A stretch of DNA of 63,901 bases, filler included, from Aduncisulcus paluster (GCA_024181965.1; 6 parts of 6 records of this genome joined end to end with filler, not necessarily neighbours in it); one strand, 5' to 3'; counted from the first letter of the whole stretch, positions 35,208-48,068 are shown. A program made the numbers and translations. The notes: generated from the letters alone by a model not told the origin.

Positions 35208-37881
35208 ATGCCAAAAGCTCCTGCTAGTTCTGTGAAATTCAAGAGAATTGATCCTTCTGGTGCTTCATCTGTTCCTTTCAAGACTAAAGTCCAGGATCCA
35301 CTCCCTTTTATTGCTGAGAAGGTATGTATCACGATGATTGGTTTTGTTTTTGTCTTTAGATTTGATCATTTTAACCATAATTCCAACATTATTTTAAAAC
35401 TATTTGATTAAATGTTCTTTTTTCTTTCCCACTCTCTAGTTACAATCCACCTCTCCTTCCAATAGAATTGAAGCATGTGTTGTCCTTGAAAGTACCGATA
35501 TGTCTCCAGAAATGGCATCCAGATTTTTATCTAGCCCACCATCAAAACCCGTTGCCTCTCTATTGCTGAACTGTATATCTCACCCATCTCATTCCGTAAA
35601 AAAAGCTGCGGCAGAGGCTCTTGGGACAATTTGTGCATCAACTCCATACAGAACAGCTTCTATGCCACTTCTTAGTGCTTCTATTTTGGTAATTAATAAC
35701 AACGGTATTGATATTATTACAAAGGCTATTTCTTCGATTCTTTCTGAAGTTTCATACGATCTTACATATATTCAAAAGCATAAAGACGGCGAAACATTTG
35801 AAAATTACCAAAAAATTGAATCAGAATCGCCCATTTCCATATTGTCATCTCTTTGTCGTTGTCTTCACGCTATTTTATCTTATTCCGCTCAAAATGATGG
35901 AAAAGGAACTAAAAAGATATTTCGAAAAGCAGTGACATCGGTTATTGGAAATCATGAGTTCCGTGAATCTATTTGTGTTGCTCTGTGCAATCTGTTACCT
36001 ATTTATACTAAAAATATCCCATCTGAGAAAATTCACACGATTATCAATGCCCCCAATGTAGTATTGGCCAAATATCTCTCAGATATTCTCTCATTAAACT
36101 GTGTGCTTGTTAAGATGATTTCTCTTTTCCTTTCTCTATCTTCTACGGTCTTTTCATTCCCATCTGAATCTGAGAAACATCGACAATCAAGAGAACACGA
36201 ACTTCTTTCATCTCTGTTCTCTTCTACAACCTCTCCTATGGTCTTGCGATCTCTATCAATGCTTGCTCTTGGTTTCGACTCTTCCAATCTGTGTGTCTCA
36301 TCCATCGGAATGGTCAAGAAGATTCAAGATCAGTGTGTGAATAGGATACCGATTTGGGAAGATACGATCCAAGGAATGATTGATGAGTCTGGTGGTTCTG
36401 AGTTTGAGAGCAAAGGAAAAAGGGGAGAAGTCGATAAGGTTGAACGTGAGATCATTGTGACAAAATCCAAGAATGAAATACTATCTATGTTACACCTTGG
36501 GGAGAGAGAACAACGATGCATTATCCGCTTGTGTAATCTCTTGGATGTTCAACAAGAACGCATGAGATCTATTAAATATGCAACAAAGGCAGTGAAGAAA
36601 ATGAAAGGAAAGGCGACTGACATTCAAGATGGAGAAGAAGAGGAAGAAGGTGATATATCTGTTCCCGAATCTCTTCTCTCTCTCCCTCTTCCTTCTCTTG
36701 TGACATTGATGAAACAGCAGAGAACTCGACTTATCCATTGCTCTTTGGTTCTTAATTTGATCACAAATGAGCTTGATGTGACACACAAAGCCTTTAGTGT
36801 CATCGTCAATGGTATTGGACAGACTCTTGAGCTTATCTATGGAACCTCTATGCAATACGAAGAAGGAGAAGAAGGAGAAGAAGGAGAAGAGTCAAGAGGA
36901 GTCATCGATGGATCCGATATGCCTTCTCCCAGTGTTTCAACTTCTCTCTTGTCGCTCCTGATTGCCCTTCTCTCCTCTCTCGCCTCCTCTCTGCCATTGA
37001 GAGTGTTGTCATCTTATTCGGAGTCAAAAGAGGATGTTCATCGGAGATCTGTCCTATCTTGCACCGTGAGTCAATGTATGAGAGCTATATTCCTGTGTGA
37101 GATTGAGAGAGAAGAAAAGAAAGAGAAAAAGAATAGAATTGGTGAAAATAGTCTTGAATTCTTTAAGAAAGTTGTTCCAGTGTTGAAACTATTTTTAGAA
37201 CAGTGCGCTACATCCCTCGAAGAAGAATGTGAACTTCTACCTGACATTGCCCCAGCATGTGGTGAAATATTGACCTTATCCAGTTCATTTTGCGATATTT
37301 TCTCGCTTCCTCTCGATCAAATGGCCCCTCTCTTGCCTCTTATCCCCCCATTACTCTCTCTCTTTCCAACATTATTGAAGACATTTTCCGATCCTTCCTT
37401 GCCTCCTTTCGCCTCTAGGATTATCCAACCTTCTCTCTCTCTCCTGCGGTGCATTGCTATTTCGGTCAATTCTGTCCATCCTGACACTCATACTGCTGAC
37501 AAATTGACGGGAGATGAAGAAAAGGCCATTGAATGTGTTACTGCAGGTGTTCAGGGTGTCCTTGAATGGCTTGTCGATCCCGATATTGTTGATGGGTTTG
37601 ATCAGAAAATATCAAGGGATCAAACAATGAAAAGAGTGAAGAAATCACACAAAAGATGTGGGGTTTTCCATGGTCAAGTCGATCTTGTCAATGAATGTTG
37701 TGAATTAATTATTCATGGACTCTCTGAGAAAATTGCATCTAAATCTCGTGACCGGTATGAAATATGTGTTTTAGTTGAAAAATTAATCCAATTAATGGAA
37801 GAAAATATTCTCATTGATGAAAGATTCTCAGAACTCGTTGATACTATGATTCAGTGGATAGAATATGTAAAACATGAGTAA
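35208..37881 (+). CDS. HEAT/ARM repeat protein, probably HEATR3/Syo1-like; two exons (35208-35321, 35440-37881)
   Basis: Splicing gives MPKAPASSVKFKRIDP...PLPFIAEK|LQSTSPSNRIEACVVLE...LLNCISHPSHSVKKAAAEALGTIC. This matches the basic N-terminus, 'EKLQ.PS...R..AC' and 'V...AA.AL..L' pattern of HEATR3/Syo1. Family call is by eye. Confidence 0.65.
35322..35439 (+). other. Spliceosomal intron, 118 nt, phase 0
   Basis: AAG|GTATGT donor, AT-rich body, polypyrimidine tract TTCTTTTTTCTTTCCCACTCTCTAG; removal joins the exons in frame. Confidence 0.85.
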
Positions 37882-37933
37882 ATATTGATTCATATACATT
37901 GTATTCGTTAATATCAGTTAAAATTTGTTCAAT

Positions 37934-38033
37934 NNNNNNNNNNNNNNNNNNNNNNNNNNNNNNNNNNNNNNNNNNNNTTAATTAATTAANNNNNNNNNNN
38001 NNNNNNNNNNNNNNNNNNNNNNNNNNNNNNNNN
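37934..38033. other. Artificial scaffold linker
   Basis: 44 N + TTAATTAATTAA + 44 N. Confidence 0.98.
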
Positions 38034-38034
38034 G

Positions 38035-41000
38035 AATCGTATCCCATGTCCAATATTTATTCTTGATCTTCTTAATAAGGAATATAAGGGTGATTTTAGA
38101 TTCGTCATGGAGTTTTGTGCTGGAGGTAATGTGAAAGAGTTTGCCAGGAGTTGGTGTCGTCTAAAAGATACATCTTCCTCAAAAAGTTTGAAGAGGAGTG
38201 GAATTGGAGAGAAAGAGGAAGAAGAAGATTCTGAAGGGTCAAGTAGTGAGTATTCTGAAGAAGACTCAATGTCTGATCTTGATTCATTCTCTCATCATTT
38301 TGATCCCATGACTCTTGACCCTCTTAAAGTGAGTGCTCTCTGTGTTGAGATCATTGAGTGTCTGGATGATGTATTTAAAGCTAATCCAGGGTTCGTTCAT
38401 CGAGACATTAAACCTGAGAACTTTCTTATTAAGGTTGATTCTAAAAATAATGAATGCTCTGTGGTTCTTTCTGATCATGGTCTCGCTCAAATCAAAAGAT
38501 CTATTATCAAAACAATCGAATCTTCTCAATCCTCTCTTGAATATCTTTCTTTGGATTCTTCTTCCTCGAGTGCATCTCAGATAAGTTCAAAAATGTCAAC
38601 CGGCCATATTTTATGTGGTACTTATGCGTATGATTCTTTTGAAGCTCTTCAAGGCATGCACTCTCAAAAAGCGATGCATATTCCCTCGGCATAACCATAC
38701 TTGCTTTGTTCCAGTGTTGCAATCCATTCTACAACATGCGTTATTTGCTAAATCCTATTTCTTCAACTGAATTTGTTGGAAAACTCCTCGAACTGCTATC
38801 TAAGGGAATTTGTCCAAAACTCTCCAGCTCTCCTCTTTTTGATTCAATTTTAACGATTAACGGTGGTGAGTTTAAATCTGTTCATACCTGTCTGAATGCA
38901 GTATTCGAAGGATTGACAAATCTAAATGTTGGCAAACGTATGAGTGTGCATGAAGCCTGTAAGAAAGTTCAATCCATCAAACCTCTTCTTCCAAAGATTG
39001 GAGAAGGGTGGGAGTGTCCATCCATTGAGGATATTGTGAAGACTCAGCTTGCCAAGCATAAAGGTGATTCTGGATGCATTGTGGAAGCGGCATCATATGA
39101 AAGTGGATTTTATGAACAATCATTATCTCAGGGTCAAAGTGTTGCTCCATATCATAAAATCGAGAATATCTTTTCATCATCCTCTCCTCATGCTTCATCG
39201 GTTGAGGAAAAGAGATTTCAAATTCCCCAGGAACATGGAAAATTCACAAGCTCAGCAACTTTTAAATCAGAAGATGATTTGAGGGAAAAAGACAAGAAAA
39301 AAGACAAGAAACTTCCCCAGTCACCCCAAATCATGAAACCATATTCCATTCCTGACCTCCAAGCATTAGTTCGAGATATTCAACTCACTTCATCTCAAAC
39401 TTCTGTCAGATCACTTTTCAAGTCATCTTCTCCTCGTCTTATGAATACTTTTGAGGATTGGAACAAAAAACGGTTCTTCTCAAACCCCATTGGAGATTCA
39501 TCGTCTTCTCTTGCATCTGATAGAACTCTATTCACTCTCTGTTTCGAATGTTTATCCTTATTTGTTCAGCATGAATGTACTAGTTCATCTTCTGGCTTTG
39601 GTGATGATGATAGTGATCGTTCTATATTGACACTTGATGAATCCTCTCTCAAGGAATTAATTGAGACATTTTTGACACCAATGATCCGAGTTGAAGCTGA
39701 ATTGAGCAAGATGGATGCTGATGAAGGATCTGGTGAGAAGTATGTCATGAGTGCAATTACAAAGTCATTGGTTCGAATTGTTTCAATTGCTGAACAACAG
39801 AAAGTCAAATCTTTTCAAACAAAACTGAGGCCTCAAATGTCTTCTGTTTGGTTAAGAATTATGAATGCTTTAGTAGATAAAATTTACAAATGCCCTGATT
39901 CAGAATCCACTTCCAAACTCTATCATGAACATCGAGATACTATTCTTTCTGTCTTCCTTGCATTCAAATCAAAGAGTGAGATTGAAGAGCACAAGAAAGA
40001 GATTGTTCTTTGTGCTCAGTGTTTAAACTGGTTTGTTAGACATGATATTTCTGGAAATAATATCTTTCTCCCTATTCCTGATCTGAATGATCTCATTGAC
40101 ACTTTCATTGGTCATCTATCAAGATGTGAGGAATTGTTGGAAGGAGATGTTGATGAAGAGTATTGTTGGATTTGTATGAATTGTACTTTCAAAGTTAAAG
40201 ACAAAAGGGATTCCTTCCTTCCAAAGATCTCCCCCACTCTCCAATATAGTCTTGAGAGAGGAAGCAAGGAGAAGTTGGGAAGTAATGTGGCTCTATATTT
40301 ATTAAAAACTCTCAGAAACATCTCCCTTTCTCCCTCTTCTTCCACTCGATCCTCTATTTTCACCCTCATCAAACCATATATAAGAGATTGGTTGAGAACA
40401 TACAATGATAATATGTGTTATAAACAATGGATGGTTATTCTATCATTTATCACCCTCTCAAGTGATAACATATCTCCCAACAAATCCATTTGTTCTGAAG
40501 CTTGGCCTCTCTTCCACCCTGTTCTTGATGTTGTTAAGAGAGAGTTTGTTGGGGATAATATTGTTGCTCTTGGGGATGAACATAATAATTATCATGATAT
40601 TGTTTTTCTTTTGTTCTTTTTTTCCAACCTCTGTTGTGATCCATCACATGCGCTTCAAATCTTTGATAACATCAAGGATCTTCTCGACGGTTGGTTTAAA
40701 GCTATGAAATCCAAGAGAGCAGGATATGGAATTCTTATTTGGTGTAGACTCATTTCCATGCTCTCCACTGTTCCATCTATTGTTCCTCAAATATATCCCA
40801 AATATGTTGAGGCCATGAAATGGTGCAATGAGAATGGAAGGGTTGAGGATTTATTGAGATTAAAGCTAATTGAAGCTGACGATCCATTTCTTGATTTCAT
40901 AAAAGTTGGACCCAAGGATGAAACAGAAAAAGAAATTGATGAGGAAGAGAAAGGAGAAAAAGAAGGAGAAAAAGAGTATTGTACTATTTTTGATCACGAT

Positions 41001-41060
41001 TATCAAAGATACGTTGACAATTGTAAATACAAAGAGGAGGAAGAAACAGAACACTGGTAG
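38035..41060 (+). pseudogene. Divergent Ser/Thr protein kinase fused to helical (ARM-like) repeats; 5' partial; 1-nt frameshift at 38666-38670 (pseudogene or sequencing error)
   Basis: VMEFCAGG, HRDIKPENFL, SDHG (DFG position), CGTYAYDSFEAL. One extra A in the A5 run gives SQKSDAYSLGITILALFQ (subdomain IX) and joins ORF 38706-41060. Confidence 0.8.
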
Positions 41061-41289
41061 GAATATGAATAATCTTACAAACTCTCAGAAATAGATTTGT
41101 AGGTATTTTACTACTAGTTGACAAGTTTAAAGTTAAGGAAGAGACATGACACTCAAAAAAGGGAATTTTTTGAGGAAAATTATCTCCGATATTATATATT
41201 TTGAAACAGCAGTAGAAATTGATTAACCCATTATTCTTTGTCGATCCTCTTGAATCCTGGTATCCATTAGTTTGTGAATCACAAGAAGT

Positions 41290-41658
41290 CTAAATTGTTG
41301 AGGAAATACACAAAGAATCCAATTCACTCGTTGATAGCTCAGAATAACTTGATGTTGAAGGAATTACATTTGGTCTATCAGGATTGTCTTGCTTTGAAAG
41401 ATCGGAATGGTAAATATTAGGGTTAATCTCACTGGAACTGGAGTGTTTTGTGATAATCAAAGATGGTTCGCTTTTGTCTTTCATATCAGAAGTAACATAC
41501 ATAATATTATACATATGAATATCACTCTTATCTTTTCCATTAGATTCTTCTTCCATTCTTTCTTTCTCTGCTTCGAATTCACCACAATCCCAACAATTCT
41601 TTTTTTTCTCATAGGAAGCTTCAGTTTGGAGTTCTGACTTAATGAATGTGGACAACAT
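41290..41658 (-). CDS. Short hypothetical ORF or gene remnant (122 aa)
   Basis: ATG-initiated ORF with E/S-rich composition; the frame continues past its TAG. No homology recognised. Confidence 0.3.
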   Translation of the reverse strand: MLSTFIKSELQTEASYEKKKNCWDCGEFEAEKERMEEESNGKDKSDIHMYNIMYVTSDMKDKSEPSLIITKHSSSSEINPNIYHSDLSKQDNPDRPNVIPSTSSYSELSTSELDSLCISSTI

Positions 41659-41933
41659 TTGTTCGCCTATATACTGTACAGTAACTGTACTGTACTATTG
41701 TCTTGCTTTGGAGACATTTTTTGTGTTTCATTTTCATATTTTTTTTATCTCGGAAATTGCGGGTAATAATATGTTAACCCTAATAAGGGTGGCTAGCAAA
41801 TTTATTAACGAGCCGGTACATGCCGGTAACAACCGGTTATACATCAACAAATAAATTGTATTACGATAATATTCTTTATTTTATAGTTTACCACAACTTT
41901 ACAGAATTATTCTGAGAATAAATCTGGCAGATT

Positions 41934-44900
41934 TCATCTAAATGGACTTTTATACGATGGATCTGTGAGGTATTTCTTTGAAGAAGAACTCAATAGAGGA
42001 ACTATTGGTGATGTGACTGGATTTCCTGATGAAGTGCTATGCTTGTACGAATTGCAGCTCTGCCCACTCCCTTGGTTGAGAATGTCAGACCCCTGGAAGG
42101 AAGATTTCATTGATGGAGAATCAAGGGACCGAATTCTATCCAAAGATGTTGATGATAATCTCTTATGATCTTCGTCTGCCTCACCAAAATGTGATGATGA
42201 ATAAACACCAAAACGATTAGATCTATCATAATCTGTTGTCGTGATTCGAGACCTCTCATGCTCCATTAATAACGTTGATCTATCATATATCATGGAGTAT
42301 CTCTTCTTTGTATTCTTATCCACAAAAGATGGAGAAGTGGAAGTGGAAGGTAAAGTGGAAGACGGAGATCGATAAGATAAAGAAGATAACCTTGACGGTG
42401 CAGTAGCTGGCATAGATACCCTACTATATTGTTCATGATGCAATGTATGTTGTGGGTGCCTCAAAGAAGTTAAGGGAGAAGGAGAATAAAGTGAAGAAGA
42501 GTAAGGAGAAGAAGAGTAAGGAGAAGAAGAGTAAGGAGAAGATGAAGATCTATGAGTTGAATACCGTTTAGTTAAAAGAGGACGAGAGGAAGCAATTGTA
42601 TGTTGGATGACAGAAGATCGTGGACGTGAAACAGGACGTGAAGCAGGAAGAGAAGCAGGAAGAGAAGCAGGAAGAGAAGCAGGAAGACGCGATGAATGTG
42701 ATGCATAGGGAGCTCTAGAAAGTAATGGTCTGTGTCTGCTCTGAGGAGATTCAATTGACGGAGATCTACCTTTCATTAAAGACGCCTGTGGACTCTTAAC
42801 CTTTGAGCTAAAGGGATGAGATATAGAAGGAAGATGATGAACAGAAACTAAAGGTTCTGTTATTTGTGCTCTGGTAGGAGATGTCATGGTTATCGTATCT
42901 TGATCTTGTATTTCTTCTTCTTCTCCTCTTTGTTGTTCTTCTTCTTCTATTTTGTCATGAGAATGTGAATAATTATGCACATCATCCGTTGAGAAGATCT
43001 TGTTGATTGTACTTGATGGATGCGATTTGATACGTGAAGAAGGAGAATCATAATATGGATATGCACGAATGGAACCAGGACTGGAATATTTTCGACTTGG
43101 AGAGTGGTACAAATAATCTTTCTTCTTCATTGAAGCAGATGCAGATGCAGAAGTAGAAGCAGAAGCACTGCTACAATCTTCTGAAGATAATGGTAGTTGA
43201 ACAGCTTTGAATGGAACAGTTATATCTGTTTCATAAGGTGATCCTTGTTGTTGGTATCTACGACTGGTCTCCAAAATATCATCTCGTTCAATCGATATTC
43301 TCTCTCCTCTTCCTCCTCTTCCTCCTCTTCCTCTTCCTCTTCCTCTTGGTCTTCCTCTTGGTCTGTATCCAGCTTCAAGAGGAGATATTGGAAAGAGGTG
43401 TTCAGTGATTATGGCTTGAGTGGGACTGGATCGTGGAATAGAATATTGTTTACGCATGTTTTCAGTTCTTTTTTTACGGATCAACATTAAATCCTCCACT
43501 TCTTCTCTCTTCTTTTCTTCCTCTCTCTTCTTTTCTTCTTCTTCTACTTCTTCTTCTTTTGATTGTTGTTTTGATTGTTGTTTTTTGGCCATACCTCTGG
43601 AAATAATATCTTGAATAATACTATCTGCTTTTCCTTTTCCTTTTCCTTCCTCCTGTTCTTCTTCTTCTTCTCTTTTTTTTCTTTTTTCTTTATATTTTTG
43701 TACATCTTCATCAAATTTACGAATCATTTTCAGTTTTAAGATAGCTTCTCTCTGTCTTTCTATCATTTTATGTGTTCCTGAGAAGATGGGCATTCCAGAG
43801 AGTGTTTTAGATACTGAATTTAAACCAGAATTTAATGAACAATACGGTGCTTTCTTTTTCGGTTGCTCTGCACAGCTTTCAAATGGCAGAAATGTATTAT
43901 GTTTTTGTTGAGAAGGAACAGAAGGAGAAGGAACAGAAGGAGAAGCAAGAGAAGGAGTAGCAAGAGAAGGAGTAGCAAGAGAAGGAGTAGCAAGAGAAGA
44001 GGAGGAAGAGGATGGGATGGGAACAGAAGGAGAAGGAACAGGAGTAATTGATTGTAATATTGATTGTATATTATCTCTATTTTCAGCACGATTGTTAATT
44101 TGTTTCTTTACATCTTGTTTCTTTACATCTTTTAGATCACTCATGTCCTTGGGTTCAACCAAAGCAGATATCTTACTCTCAGCTTTCAGACAACTTGATT
44201 GACGTTCAATTGAAGAAATTGAATTAGAAGACTCGACCGTATAACACTCAGCATCTCGCGTGAGATCGTCTTCTTGTTTCTCTTCTTCTTCTTCTTGTTT
44301 CTCTTCTTCTTCTTCTTCTTCTTCTTCTTCTTCTTCTTGTTTCTCTCTCTCTTCTTTCTCTTTATCCTTTCGTTCTATTTTTAGATCAAAGTGAGAAACA
44401 TCACATTGTTCAGAAGCTGATGAATCGGATACACATGGTGAATTGATAAGTTCTAAGGGAGATGTACAGTCAGAAACAGGGGAAGAGGAGATTGAAGAAG
44501 AAGAGGAAGAGGGAATAGAACACATAATCTTTCCCATTGGAGAATGAGAGAGTAGAGATTCGTTATCCCCACTACTAATATCATGATTTGGAATGTTGAT
44601 TGTCTCTTTGTGATAAAATGGATTACTATTCCCCACAAATACTTCTTCTTTTCCTTCTTCTTTTTCTTGTTCTTCTCCCTCTTCTTCCTTTGTTCTTGGT
44701 TCTCTATCATGCTCAATGGTTGGAATATCCCCCTCATGCTCTGCATTATTATAATCTTTGTCATATTCAAGGTCATCGTCATGTTCTTCATGTTCAATAA
44801 CATTATACTCTTGCTCTTGCTCTTGCTCTTGGGAAGTCGTAACCAAAGGACTGGAAGGAAAACGAATGAGTAGTTGTCTGGATTTGATTAGTGTTCTCTT

Positions 44901-47900
44901 ATTCTTCTTCCTTTTTCTTATTCCATGAGGTGGTACACTAAAAGGAACAGATTTAATAATACCAATTTGATCAGAGAATTCACTTGGATTATCTTCTTCT
45001 TTCTCACTGATACTATTTTTAGACACATCTTCTCCCTCTTCTTCTCCCTCTTCCTCTTCTTCTCTGGATACAGGAGAAGAAGGAAGAGACACTTCAGATA
45101 GAGGAGATACAGAGACAGAAGGAACCATTTCATGGACTATAGCTGGGACCTGTTGATGACCATCGTGATCAGTAATTTCTCTTTCATCTCCAAGTATTAT
45201 TGGACTATTATGTTCTTTCTCATTTGAAGGAGAATCAGGAAGATGACAATTCATTTGTTCACAGTCTCCCCCACCAGGTCCACTGAGAAAACAACTATTT
45301 TGATCATCAAAAGTATCGAGTTCTTTCTCAACTTCTTGAGTGCAACTAAAAATAGTATCATCGTGAATTTGAGGATCTATTTCAATCCCTTGAGAAACTC
45401 TTGAACAACTAGGTCCAGATGATCCATCATGATGATGCTGCGGATGATGATCATTATTTTCCTGTTGAGAAGAAGAAGAAGGGGAATGTTCATCTCCAGC
45501 GGAAGAAGAAGTGGAAGAAGAAGGTAATGTATTTATGAAAACAATATCTGACTTTGTCAACAAAGAATGTTGAGGATGCTGTCGTTCGATATAATCTTTT
45601 TCTCTTTCTTTTCCTTTTCCTTGTTCCGTTGAATGTTCTTTTCCTTCATAATTTTGACATAAATCATGCTCAATGGTTGGAATATGCTTGGAAGCTTCTG
45701 TATGATGAGATTGGGAATCAATGGGAATAGAAGAGATCTCTGGTGAATATAAAAGACTTCTTCTCGGAGTGGATTGTGAAGAAGGTGATGAAGAATGATG
45801 ATTATCAGAGATCGATGCAGGGTGATGTGAAGGAGGAAACTGCTCAGGAGTTCCAGCAATAACTTTGTCTTTCGCTTCTTTTACATCTTGGCAATATTTA
45901 CATTGTTGTTCTAAAGAACCAGAAGAAATGGAAGAACCAGAAGAAATGGAAGAGAGAAAATGGGATGTAGAATGCTTTTGATGCTTTTGATGCTTTAGAT
46001 GCTTTAGATGCTGATGTTTGGAATGGCCTAGATGATCTAGTAAACCCAAAACTTTAGTTCTTATTGAAACATTGAGATCATCTTCTGTCTGTATTATGTC
46101 CTTCACTGCCAATGATGGTTTAGTTGCTGTCGTTGTCTTAACTGCTGGCATAATCTTGGTTGTTGGGCTGGTTTGGATGATATCTTCCGTATCTACTTCT
46201 TCTTTCTCACTGATACTATTTTTAGACTTTCCATGATCTGTACTATCTATTCTGAGTTTCTTCTTCTTATTCTTCNNNNNNNNNNNNNNNNNNNNCTGCC
46301 AATGATGGTTTAGTTGCTGTCGTTGTCTTAACTGCTGGCATAATCTTGGTTGTTGGGCTGGTTTGGATGATATCTTCCGTATCTACTTCTTCTTTCTCAC
46401 TGATACTATTTTTAGACTTTCCATGATCTGTACTATCTATTCTGAGTTTCTTCTTCTTATTCTTCTCGTTCTTGTTCTGTTGTTCCACATCAGGACATAT
46501 TATCCCTCCTCCAATATCAGGAACATTTCCTTCTCTTCCTTCTCTTCCTTCTCTTTGTCTTTTGAGTTCCATTTCTTGTCTCCACATTTCACTGCTAAAG
46601 AGTTGAGGATGGACATCAGCAATATCATCTTCAGAAGAACCATTTGTAAATGATGACCCTTCCAATGGTTCTCCAGAAGTCTCACCAGTATCACGCTCTT
46701 CTTCTTCTTCTTCTTCACATTCTTCACATTCTTCACATTCTTCATCTTCACATTCTTCATCTTTTTCTTCTTGAGAATCGCCCTGAATATCTGTATATTG
46801 AAGCGTTTTACCACGATGTCTCTGTTGTACAATACCATTAACAGACAGAGTGGCTGAGTCAGGATAGCTATTTTGAAGATTATATTTATGAATACCGCTT
46901 GTAAGTTCACATGAAGCTGAGGAAGAAGCAGAAGCAGAAGCAGAGGAAGAGGAAGAGGAAGCTGAGGAAGTGAAGATCTGCTCGTTGGAAGGAGATGATT
47001 CCAAGGTTCCAGTGCAGTATAATAAAGCTGGATGTAGGGGTAGAGAAGGTGTGGGATTGGGGGGGTCAGATCCCAAAATAGATTCATGAGAAACAAAAGA
47101 TTCATCATCATCATCAACATCATTGCATATTGGACCATTGCCATTGTTCTTTGAGTTCCTTGAATATTGAGGAACTGAATACACTGGAACTGAATACACT
47201 GATTTAGGCAAGAAGTGAGTTGGAATGTGATCTTCCTCTAGTACTTCTTTCTCAACTTCTTGAGTTACAGATATCTGTATGTGAGATATATCAGCTTGTG
47301 AAATTAAACTTTCATTGGTTTTTGTTTTGGTATCACGCTCTTCACAATGCACAGTTCTACAATGTTCAAATTCTGCAGCAAAATCATCTTGTATCTCTCT
47401 TTGTTCTCCTATCTCTCTTTGTTGTTCTTGTACTGATTGCTGATGATCATTCATATTAATATCAATGGAACTATTGTTTAAAGAAGAATCCAACCCAAAC
47501 CTGGTCGAAGTAAGAAGACTAAACTCATCTTTCTCTTCTCCTTCAAACCCTTCATAACCTTCATAACCTTCAGATATCTCTTCTTTCTTTTCTTTCTTTT
47601 CTTTCTCTTCTGGTTTATGGTCTCTTTGAACAGGCGTTGAGACAAAACTTAGAGGATTTATAATATTAGTTCGATTTCCTTGAGAAAGAGAGAAATCCAT
47701 GGATTTAAGAGTTGTAGAGAATTCTTGTTTTATAAGTTCTTTCTTCCTTTCTTTAAAACCCTCTTTCCTTTTTTCTTTCTCAATTTCCTGAGAAAGATTA
47801 AGAAATTCTGAAGTAGGACTACTGAATGAGTATCCATACTTCTCTTCCTCTTCCTCTTCTTCTTCTTCCTCTTCTTCCTTTTCTTCCTTTTCTTCTTCTT

Positions 47901-48066
47901 CCTTTTCTTCTTGCTTTTCTTCTAGATCTTCATTGAACTCAAAACTATTACGTTGTACCATGACAGGTTTCTTCTTCTCACTTTCTTGTTCTATTTTTAG
48001 ATAACCTTCTGTTCCTTCCTTCTCTTTGTCATCGTTTTCCTCGTCGTTACAAGGAAATATATCCAT
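41934..48066 (-). CDS. Very large low-complexity, probably disordered protein (~1,980 aa after removing a 190-nt duplication); possibly 5' partial
   Basis: ORFs 46267-48066 and 41934-46151 overlap through exact copies (from 46106 and from 46296). S/E/P-rich with short tandem repeats and an RG tract. Confidence 0.8.
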
Positions 48067-48068
48067 AC

